Virus record (IMG/VR): IMGVR_UViG_3300031772_002569
Location: 10,031-74,030 of that record
From: a virus
Direction: 5' to 3' (one strand)
DNA length: 64,000 bases
Numbering within the stretch: position 1 is the first letter of the stretch; each line of letters begins with the position of its first letter. Below are positions 49,412 to 58,880 of this stretch, piece after piece. The translations under genes were made by a program, and so were the position numbers. The notes under the pieces are model-generated. The model ran no database searches and was not told the origin of the DNA. It saw nothing but the letters and a program-made list of their open reading frames with translations.

Positions 49412-50353
49412 TTATTTTAAATCTACGTTAGGATCAAGAACTATCGGAGGAGAAGGAATCACTTCATCCTTTGGAAGATTTGGATAATTCTGATTACGAA
49501 TCTTCTCTGAGTTAGTATCTGCAATATCAGAAAAATTAAAATCAGACAAAACCACTTCGGTTCCCATAACGATTTTCTTTGGAGTAAAGTGTTTCTGTGT
49601 AGTAGGATGATGTCCACTCATATTATCTATGGTATCAGGCAACAAATATCCATAGACTATTAAATCAAATTCGGTCTTTACAATCCTATCTTGGTCAACC
49701 TGTAATTCCACCGTATGAGAAAACGAATCTATCTTCGTTCTGAACCTAAGACCATTTGCAACTCCCCAATAATCTTCGGTTTGAAAATTAATCTTCTCCA
49801 TAATGGAATTGATTTGTTCTATGTATTCCGTCCATATAATAAAATGATAAGTAAATATCATGTGGTCGGGCATAATCACATCATATACTTCATTTACAGG
49901 AACATTCTTACCTATCAATACATTAAAAGGAGTATATCGATTTTTTGTAGAATATTTCTTCAAAACAGGATAATGAAGATAACGATTGAACGTCATTAGA
50001 TTCTGATTTTTTTCAGAATTAGTTCTCTTAAACACCAAAGCAGGTAAAATCATTTTACCATTGTAATCTCGTATGATTCCATCCTTTTGTATTGATTTCC
50101 ACTTTTCAGGAGAAGCGTAATATAGAGGAACTTTTATCTTCTTACCATCATCAGTAACTTGAATCTCAAACGTTTCAAGTTGTTTCATTACTGTAGTATC
50201 AATATCTATTAACCTTACAGTAAAATCTTTTTGTATGTCTGTATCCCTGCGGACCTGTTCCGCACGATTTACATCCTTGCGTTCCTCGCCACGATTTACT
50301 CCTTCATTGGAATAATTCGGTGCTGGATTATTTGGATTTCCCTGCCAAGCCAT
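49412..50353 (-). CDS. tail terminator / sheath stabiliser (T4 gp15-like)
   Basis: KVPLYYASPEKW, LPAL, PDHMIFTYHFIIWTEYIEQIN.I.E, F.L.VYGYL; between neck and sheath. Confidence 0.72.
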   Translation of the reverse strand: MAWQGNPNNPAPNYSNEGVNRGEERKDVNRAEQVRRDTDIQKDFTVRLIDIDTTVMKQLETFEIQVTDDGKKIKVPLYYASPEKWKSIQKDGIIRDYNGKMILPALVFKRTNSEKNQNLMTFNRYLHYPVLKKYSTKNRYTPFNVLIGKNVPVNEVYDVIMPDHMIFTYHFIIWTEYIEQINSIMEKINFQTEDYWGVANGLRFRTKIDSFSHTVELQVDQDRIVKTEFDLIVYGYLLPDTIDNMSGHHPTTQKHFTPKKIVMGTEVVLSDFNFSDIADTNSEKIRNQNYPNLPKDEVIPSPPIVLDPNVDLK

Positions 50354-50357
50354 AATA

Positions 50358-50831
50358 TTATTTCTGTCTTTCCACTAATGACAACTTAGACAATCTCGAA
50401 TAATGAGTATTAACAATAATTGAATGGGATTTTTCTGCAATTCCACCCAAAAACTGTTCTTGAACAACATTATCAATTTCATGATATCTATTGTTAAATT
50501 GAATTATATCTCCATTTTCTGGATAAATATTTACAAGTTGCAACATTTTTTCACGAAGCTTAAATACTACTGTTTGGTTTCTATCAGAACCAAAATCGTC
50601 GAACGAAGTATCAATATCAGCCCTATCAACTAACGCCGTAATTTCTACTCCGGGATAATACATTTTTCCGGATTCAGGAGACGACTCTCCATACACATTC
50701 ACTTTAATTTGTTGTGCACAGATTTTGAACAACAATACTTCAGTTTGAATAATTTCCCCCATCAATTCTCCATTAAAAGAATTGATTAAGTTTATATCCC
50801 TATCACTGAAAAATCTCCCTAATAATCCCAT
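50358..50831 (-). CDS. head closure / neck protein (T4 gp14-like)
   Basis: NVYGES, YPENGDII.FNNRYHEIDNV; position after the gp13-like gene. Confidence 0.7.
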   Translation of the reverse strand: MGLLGRFFSDRDINLINSFNGELMGEIIQTEVLLFKICAQQIKVNVYGESSPESGKMYYPGVEITALVDRADIDTSFDDFGSDRNQTVVFKLREKMLQLVNIYPENGDIIQFNNRYHEIDNVVQEQFLGGIAEKSHSIIVNTHYSRLSKLSLVERQK

Positions 50832-50834
50832 ATA

Positions 50835-51350
50835 TTACTTAGGTAAACTTACTGTTCCGTCATGCATATCAATGAGTTCTTCTGCTAATTTTTTAATCCT
50901 CGCATAAGTCTTATCATTACTATTCCCCCAAGCAATCCTATCACTCATAACCTCTAAAATCTCTTTTCCAATTTGGAGTTCACGGCTTTCCTCCGGATTT
51001 GACATGTCGGTTTCATCATGATGAACTGATTGAACTGCTTCAACCGCTTCAACTGATTCGCTGTTACCTTCTGACTTAACGAACATCTCATTCAATTCAT
51101 TATCAGAGTAATTAAATTCCTTAGCAATCTTCTTAGCTTCTTGTAAAGCGTGTCTTCGTGCTCCAGCAATGTCTTTGATGAAACCCAAACCAACACCAAC
51201 ACACTCTATTTGACTATAGGAGACACTTTTTTCGCCGTTGGAAAACACTCGTTTAATTCCTGAACAAACGGTAGATTCATCCACTCCTTCAGTTAATAAC
51301 ACAAATCGGTTTCCATTTACGTTTTCGAACAATCTTTCTTTATTTTTCAT
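50835..51350 (-). CDS. hypothetical protein (LFE/LLTE leader type)
   Basis: MKNKERLFE...VLLTE; lies in the neck operon. Confidence 0.7.
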   Translation of the reverse strand: MKNKERLFENVNGNRFVLLTEGVDESTVCSGIKRVFSNGEKSVSYSQIECVGVGLGFIKDIAGARRHALQEAKKIAKEFNYSDNELNEMFVKSEGNSESVEAVEAVQSVHHDETDMSNPEESRELQIGKEILEVMSDRIAWGNSNDKTYARIKKLAEELIDMHDGTVSLPK

Positions 51351-51357
51351 AATTACT

Positions 51358-51588
51358 TTATTTTCTTTTGTTTTGTTGTTTTAATATTGTTAAAGCTTCT
51401 TTACAAGCTTGGTTAAACATATCCCTACTTGGGGAGTCCGCTCTAAAATTTGTCTTCAATAAATCGTAAGCCCTGCCGATATCGCCACTCACAAAATCGG
51501 ATTCTTCTTCTACGTTTTGGACCATACTATTGACCCAATTTATCCAATTCTGGTCCTTTATCTCTTTTACGATAGGTAATAGTTTCAT
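51358..51588 (-). CDS. small hypothetical protein (MKLLPIVKE leader)
   Basis: 76-aa ORF in the neck operon. Confidence 0.65.
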   Translation of the reverse strand: MKLLPIVKEIKDQNWINWVNSMVQNVEEESDFVSGDIGRAYDLLKTNFRADSPSRDMFNQACKEALTILKQQNKRK

Positions 51589-51589
51589 A

Positions 51590-52759
51590 TTATCCTATAT
51601 AAATAAGCAATGGAACTCTCTTTAATGTATCTTGAACGAATTCAGCCTCCCTAGCGCGATCTTCCATTTGTTGTTTCTTGCCAGTGGCCTCAAGACTTTC
51701 CCTCAACTCGGTTATATATTTTTCTTTTTCCTGTTGTGCTTCATTTCTAAGTTCCGCACCATCGAGAGTAACCTCTCCTCCAGGAATAGGAATGGTTTGG
51801 TATTTTTGTCTAATTGAACCAAGTAGTTCCTTACATAGAGCAAGAAAATACTTCCTAATCCATTGCTTACTAACATCGTTGATAGATCCATACACGATGT
51901 TATTATATGGAATATTTGAGAAATCGGATACAAATTGTCCAGCAGAACCAGATTGGAAAGACCCGCTAAATCGTTCATTCTTTACGACATAATCGAAATA
52001 TATACGAAACTGACTCTGAGGTATAGGAAACAATCTTAATTTATTGTTGACTATTTCAAAGGAAAAAGCAGACTTACGAACCATATCATTGAATTCAATA
52101 GCTTGACCACGAAGCAAATCTTCGAAAATAGGAGTCATAAGAAACTGAACAGCGGGAGAATATGCACCAAATCCCAACTCATTCAAAACATTAGAATAAC
52201 TCATACCAGTCATGGAGAATGGATCGTAAATACGAGCCATAGCAGGAGTTCTTTCATTAAAAACCCTCATCACATCGATTTTATTAAAACTTTCAGATAC
52301 GTTACCCCACAAGGATTGAATGTCGTATGTTTGTTGATATGGAACAGTTGTAATAGATCCGCGTTTCCAATCGGTATTTCCACCAACACCAACTTCTGTT
52401 CCGTATCCCTTTGCCAACTCCACGATAACAGACATTGGGGTTCCGGTTACGTTTTGTCCGGACAAATTACCTATTTGATTAATATTCTGTCCTTGAAATA
52501 CCTGAATGTAATTACGAATATTGAACTGATTTAACTGAGCACCAAACTCATTGACAGCTTCTTCAAAACACGCATAGAAATTTTTATCCAACATTTCTAT
52601 ATCAACAACGGGATATCCCAACCTCAAAGCTGCCCATACAGCCGCGCCCATCGCGTCTGATTGAAATTCTATATCAGAATCATAAATTCCGAATGGTGTG
52701 CTGCTAGAGACTGCCGAACCGGACCCGGGCCACCTCACCCTATCTTGGTCAATTAACAT
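51590..52759 (-). CDS. neck / head-tail adaptor protein (T4 gp13-like)
   Basis: LRLGYPVVDIEM, CFEEAV, WIRKYFLALCKELLG.IR.KY..IPIPGGEVTLDG. Confidence 0.85.
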   Translation of the reverse strand: MLIDQDRVRWPGSGSAVSSSTPFGIYDSDIEFQSDAMGAAVWAALRLGYPVVDIEMLDKNFYACFEEAVNEFGAQLNQFNIRNYIQVFQGQNINQIGNLSGQNVTGTPMSVIVELAKGYGTEVGVGGNTDWKRGSITTVPYQQTYDIQSLWGNVSESFNKIDVMRVFNERTPAMARIYDPFSMTGMSYSNVLNELGFGAYSPAVQFLMTPIFEDLLRGQAIEFNDMVRKSAFSFEIVNNKLRLFPIPQSQFRIYFDYVVKNERFSGSFQSGSAGQFVSDFSNIPYNNIVYGSINDVSKQWIRKYFLALCKELLGSIRQKYQTIPIPGGEVTLDGAELRNEAQQEKEKYITELRESLEATGKKQQMEDRAREAEFVQDTLKRVPLLIYIG

Positions 52760-53730
52760 ACAACCCCCTTATTATCAGATACATACATCATATTATGATT
52801 GAATTTTTTGATAGGAAAAACTTTGGTTTTATCTTTATTCCAATCATACCAATCTTTTTCCCACATATAATAAATATGATAACCTAATTCGTTTAATCTA
52901 TTAAACTTTTTGATTGTGTTATCATATAATTCTCCAAAAGTTTTATGACATTTTTTATTAAATTTAGAATGTTCATATCGTATGGGATTTCCATGATAGT
53001 AATCTCCTAAGAATTCATAAATCTTTTTTCCTTTTATTCCATCTACTTTAAACGGATGAATTACCTTTTGTCGATTTTCTATCAAATCAGGTATTCTAAT
53101 ATAGTTTAAAAATTCAATTTCTGGTTTAGATATTTGTGTGACACATTTTAAACATCCCTTTCCTTCCATGTGTCCCCTCGCTCTCTGATAAAACCATCCA
53201 TGAATAGGACATTTTATTTTGACTTTAGTTCTATTATTGATATAATTTACTTGGGAATAGTCATACTTGTTTTTGTGAATAATGTATGATTGTTTTATAA
53301 ATTCATCTTTAGTCAATCTTACAGTTCCACCACACAACGGACATCCATCTTCATTTAAATGATCATTTGGAGATTGTGAAAATTTTCCGTGTAATTTACA
53401 TATAATTACCACCTTTTCCCTATTATTATCACCATATTTAACAAATGAATAATCATACTTATTTGTATGACATTTAACTGCTTTTTTTATAAATGATTCT
53501 GTAGTATCTCTAAATTTAATAGATAATTTTTGATTCTTACACTTTGGGCAACCACTTTTTTTACCAATATGATTATCAGAAGAAACCATAAAAGTTCCGT
53601 GAATTTTACAACAAACTTGTAACTTCAATCTAGCAGAAACATAGATTGTATTAGAATAGTCATATTTTTTGTTGTGAACTTCTTTAGATCTCTTTATAAA
53701 TTCCTCTGTAGTTATTCTTGATTTCATCAT
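52753..53730 (-). mobile_element. free-standing homing endonuclease-like gene (three KYDYS...C..HG Zn-ribbon repeats plus Vsr-like nuclease)
   Basis: Three repeats of FIK.....H..KYDYS...Y......I.C..HG.F.....H....GC..C, then KVDG...YEFLGDYYHG...YMWEKDW. Confidence 0.8.
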
Positions 53731-53760
53731 AAATAAGTAGTCATTAGGGTTATCTCAACG

Positions 53761-53768
53761 TATTTATA
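53761..53768 (+). promoter_or_regulatory. putative late promoter TATTTATA for the enzyme array
   Basis: Same octamer, on the + strand 20 nt before ATG 53789. Confidence 0.6.
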
Positions 53769-53788
53769 GATGATGAATTATATTATCA

Positions 53789-55558
53789 ATGAAAATTATA
53801 TTATACAATTTAATAAATGAGATTTTGTTAGAAACATCCGACGCAAAATCCACCTTCATTCTCGGTAGAGTTTCCGATGATGGAGAGGTTGACAAATGGG
53901 AATTTGATGATACGGTAACTGCCACACATCCTTCGACTTGGTATTCAAGTCACTATGAACGTTGGAGATATTACGCAGGCAGTCAATACATTTATTGGTG
54001 GAGTCTGCCGTCTCAAATTCAAAAAGAATCAGTAGAATATTTCATAGGATCAAGAGGATTTGATGTAAAAGGGCATAAAGCCAACATACACTTTTTATCA
54101 GATTTTAGTAAAGTAACAGGTTATAAACTCACAGAAAATATGTTAAATGAAGGAAGAAAAGAAAAAGCAGCAGAAGACTTTATCAAACAGACCATAAAAG
54201 GAACTCAGTGGCAAGGTAAAGTTTTCATAGCTGGTGGTTACGTCCGAGATGAATTTATGGGCAAAGACCCAAAGGATTTGGATTTGTTAGTAAATACACC
54301 AAACGGAGGAATTGAATTTGCAAACTGGATAACCAGAAAAATTGGTGCATACAAAGACGGAAGCAATCCGGTAACGTTTCCTCGTTTCGGAACAGCCAAA
54401 TTTAATCTTTTCGGTGTAACTCATGACGGAATTGATTTGAGTGATATGGATATTGAAGCAGTAATGCCTCGTAAGGAACAATACACAGCAGGAAGTAGAA
54501 AGCCAGATGTTACTGGTGGAGAATTAAAAGACGACGTAGAAAGACGCGACTTCACAGTTAACTCATTATTAAAAGATTTAAGTACCGGAGAAATCTTAGA
54601 TTTGACGGGTATGGGAAAAGATGATATCAAAAAAGGTATTGTCAGAACTCCATTAAATGCCGATAAGATTTTTACCGACGACCCTCTTAGAATGTTACGT
54701 GCGGTTCGTTTTGCCATGAAATACAAATGGAAACTTCCCATGTTCATGATTCGTGCATTAAAGAAGAATGCTCCACAACTTAAAAACATTTCACAGGAAC
54801 GTATTCGTGATGAATTGGACAAGATGTTAATGACAACGAACCCCCACGGTTCAATAAAACTCCTAAAGGTTGCTGGATTGTTATCCCATGTCATTCCTGA
54901 ACTTATACCAGCAGTAAAGATGAAACAGAACATCCATCACAAACACGATGTATTTCATCATATTCTTGATGTTCTATCTAAGTCTAATCCTGTACTAGTT
55001 CAGAGATTAATGGCCTTATTTCATGATATTGGAAAAACTGTAACCAAGAGTGTGACTCCAACAGGAGTTCATTTCTACGGTCACGAAATGGTTGGATCCG
55101 ACATGGTAGAATCCATCATGACAAGGTTGAAATACCCAAGAGAATTAATCGATGCTGTAAAATTAGGTGTAAGAAACCACATGCGATTAAAGTCAGCAGG
55201 AGATACAGGAATAAATATATCAGACAAAGCACTTAGAAAATTCAAATCTGAAATTGGAGATAAGATAGAAGACGTATTAGCAGTAATCCATGCTGATAAC
55301 ATTTCTCATGCGGATGCTTCAGCGATGCCTAATCAAGTAAACAATCTCAAGGTTAGACTCGATAACCTAAATATGAACGTTGCCGCTGGTGGAAAACCAA
55401 AACTTCCTATTACCGGAAACGATTTACAATCCATCGGATTAAAACCAGGTCCAATTTACAGTGAAATAATGAAAGCTGTAACAGAAGCTTGGTTTGAAAA
55501 TCCAAACATTACAAAGGAACAGGCATTGGAAATTGCAAAGTCTGTAGCAAAAGTATGA
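53789..55558 (+). CDS. cca: CCA-adding tRNA nucleotidyltransferase with HD domain and an extra N-terminal module
   Basis: AGGYVRD...KDLDL, FGTA, DVERRDFTVNSL, DDPLRMLRAVRF, ISQERIRDEL, HHKHDV..H, ALFHDIGK. Confidence 0.9.
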   Translation: MKIILYNLINEILLETSDAKSTFILGRVSDDGEVDKWEFDDTVTATHPSTWYSSHYERWRYYAGSQYIYWWSLPSQIQKESVEYFIGSRGFDVKGHKANIHFLSDFSKVTGYKLTENMLNEGRKEKAAEDFIKQTIKGTQWQGKVFIAGGYVRDEFMGKDPKDLDLLVNTPNGGIEFANWITRKIGAYKDGSNPVTFPRFGTAKFNLFGVTHDGIDLSDMDIEAVMPRKEQYTAGSRKPDVTGGELKDDVERRDFTVNSLLKDLSTGEILDLTGMGKDDIKKGIVRTPLNADKIFTDDPLRMLRAVRFAMKYKWKLPMFMIRALKKNAPQLKNISQERIRDELDKMLMTTNPHGSIKLLKVAGLLSHVIPELIPAVKMKQNIHHKHDVFHHILDVLSKSNPVLVQRLMALFHDIGKTVTKSVTPTGVHFYGHEMVGSDMVESIMTRLKYPRELIDAVKLGVRNHMRLKSAGDTGINISDKALRKFKSEIGDKIEDVLAVIHADNISHADASAMPNQVNNLKVRLDNLNMNVAAGGKPKLPITGNDLQSIGLKPGPIYSEIMKAVTEAWFENPNITKEQALEIAKSVAKV

Positions 55559-56403
55559 TCAAATTAAAAAATCTCATAGATGAAAATGTAATAGACACAC
55601 TACAAACGATTGGTGATTTTAGTAAAGGTTCTTCTTTTACTAATAAATCAGACCGTGCATTAGTCACACATCCTGTAGCCGTCCAAAAGATAAAAGATTT
55701 TTTCAAGAATACAAAAGAGAACTTTGACTTATATTTCGTAAATACAAAACATGCTAGAAAATATATGGAACTAGGAGAAGTTAAAGAGAGTTTTATTTTT
55801 GATGATTTAAAAGTTACTCCTGACCAATTAAAAAACGGAGAAATTAATCATAATAACATTACAGTATTTTTTACCAACAACAAAGGAGATGAAAGAGCAC
55901 CTTTTACTCCTTGGATTATGGCACATAGACTCGGCCATGTAATAAGGCGAGTCTATACATGGGAAAAAGAACTAAATCCCTGGATAAATAAACATCTTAT
56001 TGACATATTGAATTCATACGGAGTATCACCAGTAAAATACTCCCCCTATAGTTACGGAAATGATGGAAGTGGTAATTATGCATCTTTTAGACGATATGAA
56101 TTGGCCAAACGTCATCTATGTGAAACCCTCGGAACATTCAAAAGTGCAAGAAATAAAAATCTAAGAAATTATGGAGAGTTTAACTATGAATTATTTGCAC
56201 AATATCTAAAAGACGGAAAGATAACTCTAAACAATCTTCCTGATGTCTTATTGATAGGACACGCTGCGTTTGGAAGAAAAGATCTAAGAAGATTGAAAAA
56301 TAGGGAACATGCAGATGAGTCTTTGACCGAACTAAGAGAGAATTATGAGTATCATGCAGAATCAGTATTGAGCGAATGTGTAGGTAAAATATTTGTGATG
56401 TAA
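55555..56403 (+). CDS. MIKLK-leader protein with degenerate zincin-like motif
   Basis: Leader MIKLKNLIDE; WIMAHRLGHVI and downstream ELFAQY. Confidence 0.75.
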   Translation: MIKLKNLIDENVIDTLQTIGDFSKGSSFTNKSDRALVTHPVAVQKIKDFFKNTKENFDLYFVNTKHARKYMELGEVKESFIFDDLKVTPDQLKNGEINHNNITVFFTNNKGDERAPFTPWIMAHRLGHVIRRVYTWEKELNPWINKHLIDILNSYGVSPVKYSPYSYGNDGSGNYASFRRYELAKRHLCETLGTFKSARNKNLRNYGEFNYELFAQYLKDGKITLNNLPDVLLIGHAAFGRKDLRRLKNREHADESLTELRENYEYHAESVLSECVGKIFVM

Positions 56404-56404
56404 C

Positions 56405-57088
56405 ATGATAAAGTATGCAAAATCTAAATTTGGCAGAATTCGTTTTGAATATAAAGATGCCGCTGACAAATCAGTAAACAAAGGATGGGTGGTAGATATG
56501 GTGAATGCATATATTGACGACAAGCCAATAGGATATTTAAAAATATCTTATGTTCCCGATTCAAATGTCAAAGACGTATTTCCGGATGTAATTCATTATC
56601 TTGGTTCGGAACATAAAGGATTTAGTAAATTAAGGGCTGCTTTAATAAAAGACGATAAAAAAAATATAACTCGTGCATTATCACAAATGCAAGACCCCTG
56701 GAGTCAATGGATAGAAAATCTCGAAAGCAGAGGGGAATTAAAAGGAATGGATCAAAACTGGTGGGATGAACAATATAAAAGATTAGAAAAGGAAGTCACA
56801 GAAAGACATAAAAAAGATTACGAACAATTTTTGGATGATGTCCATAACAAACCATTGGTGGATTACATAAAAGTAGAAAAGGATTATCAACAAGGCGGAA
56901 TTGGTTTGGGATTGTATATTGCTGGAGCTACATGGATGGCGAAAAAGAGAATGTGTTTATTTGCTTCATCATTACAATCTCCTGAGGCTAAAAAAAGTTG
57001 GGATAAGATGAAACGAATTGGAATGCCCATAAAAACCGTAAAACAAAAAAACGGACGAATTAGAACTTGTTTAGATTATAGAAAGTAA
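56405..57088 (+). CDS. GNAT-like acetyltransferase
   Basis: IGYLKI...VDYIKVEKDYQQGGIGLGLY...SSLQSPEAKKSW, a GNAT acetyl-CoA loop pattern with a helical insertion. Confidence 0.65.
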   Translation: MIKYAKSKFGRIRFEYKDAADKSVNKGWVVDMVNAYIDDKPIGYLKISYVPDSNVKDVFPDVIHYLGSEHKGFSKLRAALIKDDKKNITRALSQMQDPWSQWIENLESRGELKGMDQNWWDEQYKRLEKEVTERHKKDYEQFLDDVHNKPLVDYIKVEKDYQQGGIGLGLYIAGATWMAKKRMCLFASSLQSPEAKKSWDKMKRIGMPIKTVKQKNGRIRTCLDYRK

Positions 57089-57089
57089 C

Positions 57090-57497
57090 ATGATAAAACT
57101 AAAAACATTAGTAACAGAGAATTTAACAAAGAGAAAGTATTCAGGAGTATCATTGGATTCTGAGTCTCATAATAAGTTAAAAACACACTTCTCTGATAAA
57201 ATTCCAGAAGGATGGGAAATCATAGCCCATCACATGACCATAAATCCATTTGGTCCCACACCAGAAGAATTGTTAAATAAGAATGTCACATTAAAAGTTA
57301 CCGAGGTAGGTAAAAGCGACAAAGCCTTGGCAGTAAAAGTATCAGGATATGAAGGCAAAACAAACAACAAGTTTCCTCATATAACGATTGCTATAGATAG
57401 AAATGGTGGAGCCAAACCCAAAGATTCAAATGATATTGTTCATTGGGAGCCAGTAAGAGATGATATTTATCTTAAAGGAACCATAAAGGATTTATGA
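57090..57497 (+). CDS. 2H phosphoesterase (tRNA-ligase CPDase-like) with MIKLK leader
   Basis: Two HxT motifs (HHMTI, PHITIA) and KPKDSNDI..W. Confidence 0.78.
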   Translation: MIKLKTLVTENLTKRKYSGVSLDSESHNKLKTHFSDKIPEGWEIIAHHMTINPFGPTPEELLNKNVTLKVTEVGKSDKALAVKVSGYEGKTNNKFPHITIAIDRNGGAKPKDSNDIVHWEPVRDDIYLKGTIKDL

Positions 57498-57787
57498 TAA
57501 AATTAAAATCATTACTAACAGAAAATCAAAGAACATTCCGAGGCGACTGCCGAACTATTCTTGATAGAGATGATTTGTTTGATGACGCCACAGAAATGGC
57601 GCAAGCGGTCGAGAATAGTGAGGCCATAACATATCAACAATTTATGAGTTTGGCAGACCTAACCGGGATAAATAAACTTTTCAAATTGAAATTAAGAAGA
57701 GAAACCGACCATTTTGATTTTGCACAGTATAAGGATTTGGTATGGGCATACGATAAAGATACTGACATACACTATTTCTTTTTATGA
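57494..57787 (+). CDS. MIKLK-leader hypothetical protein
   Basis: Leader MIKLKSLLTE; C-terminal YDKDTDIHYFF. Confidence 0.75.
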   Translation: MIKLKSLLTENQRTFRGDCRTILDRDDLFDDATEMAQAVENSEAITYQQFMSLADLTGINKLFKLKLRRETDHFDFAQYKDLVWAYDKDTDIHYFFL

Positions 57788-58341
57788 TAAAACTAAAGGA
57801 TATACTTTTAGAATCTGTACAGGCAATAAACCCGCCTGCACAGATTCAACCCCATATTCAATCTGTATTTGATAGATCTTTTATAGATTACATAAAATTT
57901 GTAGAAAATGGGAATCGTGTGGGATATGATAAAAATAAAAAACTTTGGTTCCCCTATGCGAAAGCAGAGAATGGAAACGTTGTCATTGCTTATGGTCACA
58001 AAAGCAAATCACCAATTGAGACAAAATCACTAAAAAAAGGCATAACCGATGACCAAGCAGAAAGACTGTTAATATCGGATTTAGAGATTGCAAAACAATT
58101 AGTGAACAAATACATTGAAAAGAAATATAAGGTAAAATTGTTACTGGATAAGAATCAGAATGAAATTCTTACAGACTTTGCATTCAATTTAGGTGGATTA
58201 GAAAAATTTCCCAAATTTGTAGATGCTGTCTTGAAAAAAGATTGGAAAGTAGTCAAAAAAGAATACAAAAGAAACACGGATGGAAACATGTTAACCAAGA
58301 GAAATCAAGAATTTTTTAATAGATATTTAACACAATTATGA
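57784..58341 (+). CDS. phage lysozyme (GH24-like) with MIKLK leader
   Basis: IKFVENG, IAYGH, GITDDQAERLLISDL, LTDFAFNLG..L.KFPKF..A....DW, RN. Confidence 0.8.
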   Translation: MIKLKDILLESVQAINPPAQIQPHIQSVFDRSFIDYIKFVENGNRVGYDKNKKLWFPYAKAENGNVVIAYGHKSKSPIETKSLKKGITDDQAERLLISDLEIAKQLVNKYIEKKYKVKLLLDKNQNEILTDFAFNLGGLEKFPKFVDAVLKKDWKVVKKEYKRNTDGNMLTKRNQEFFNRYLTQL

Positions 58342-58880
58342 TAAGCCTATCAAAAATATTAAGCGAAGAGAGAACCAGTGAGAGTATAGAATACGGGTGT
58401 CTCATGGCCGAAATACCTGCATCCATTTGTAACAAATTAGTTACATTCGGAAACAAATTAATTTCGGAAGAAGATTTGTATAAAGAAGGTGAAGAATTTG
58501 GTAGAGAAAAAGAATGTCATGTAACCATCAAATACGGATTCACAGGAAATTTAAATGCAGAAGATATAAAATCAATATTGGATGGGGTGGTAGATTTTAA
58601 AATATCAATCAATAAAATTGGAATGTTTTCGTCAAAAGATAAACCATTTGATGTCGTAAAATTTGACGTGGTAAAAGATGAAGCTTTGATGAAATTGAAT
58701 AAGAGATGTAATGAATTTCCTCACGAGGATACCTATCCTGGATACAATCCACATGTAACTATTGCCTATGTCAAAAAAGGTAAATTTAAACATGGTGAAA
58801 TACCTATTAATTTGGTGATACCAATACATACGGTTTGTTATTCTACTGTAGATAATAAAAAATCCTATTACAAGGTATGA
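58338..58880 (+). CDS. 2H phosphoesterase, Acb1/T4 gp57B-like, with leader
   Basis: YGCLM, CHVTIKYG, FDVVKFDV, YPGYNPHVTIAY; leader MISLSKILSE. Confidence 0.78.
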   Translation: MISLSKILSEERTSESIEYGCLMAEIPASICNKLVTFGNKLISEEDLYKEGEEFGREKECHVTIKYGFTGNLNAEDIKSILDGVVDFKISINKIGMFSSKDKPFDVVKFDVVKDEALMKLNKRCNEFPHEDTYPGYNPHVTIAYVKKGKFKHGEIPINLVIPIHTVCYSTVDNKKSYYKV

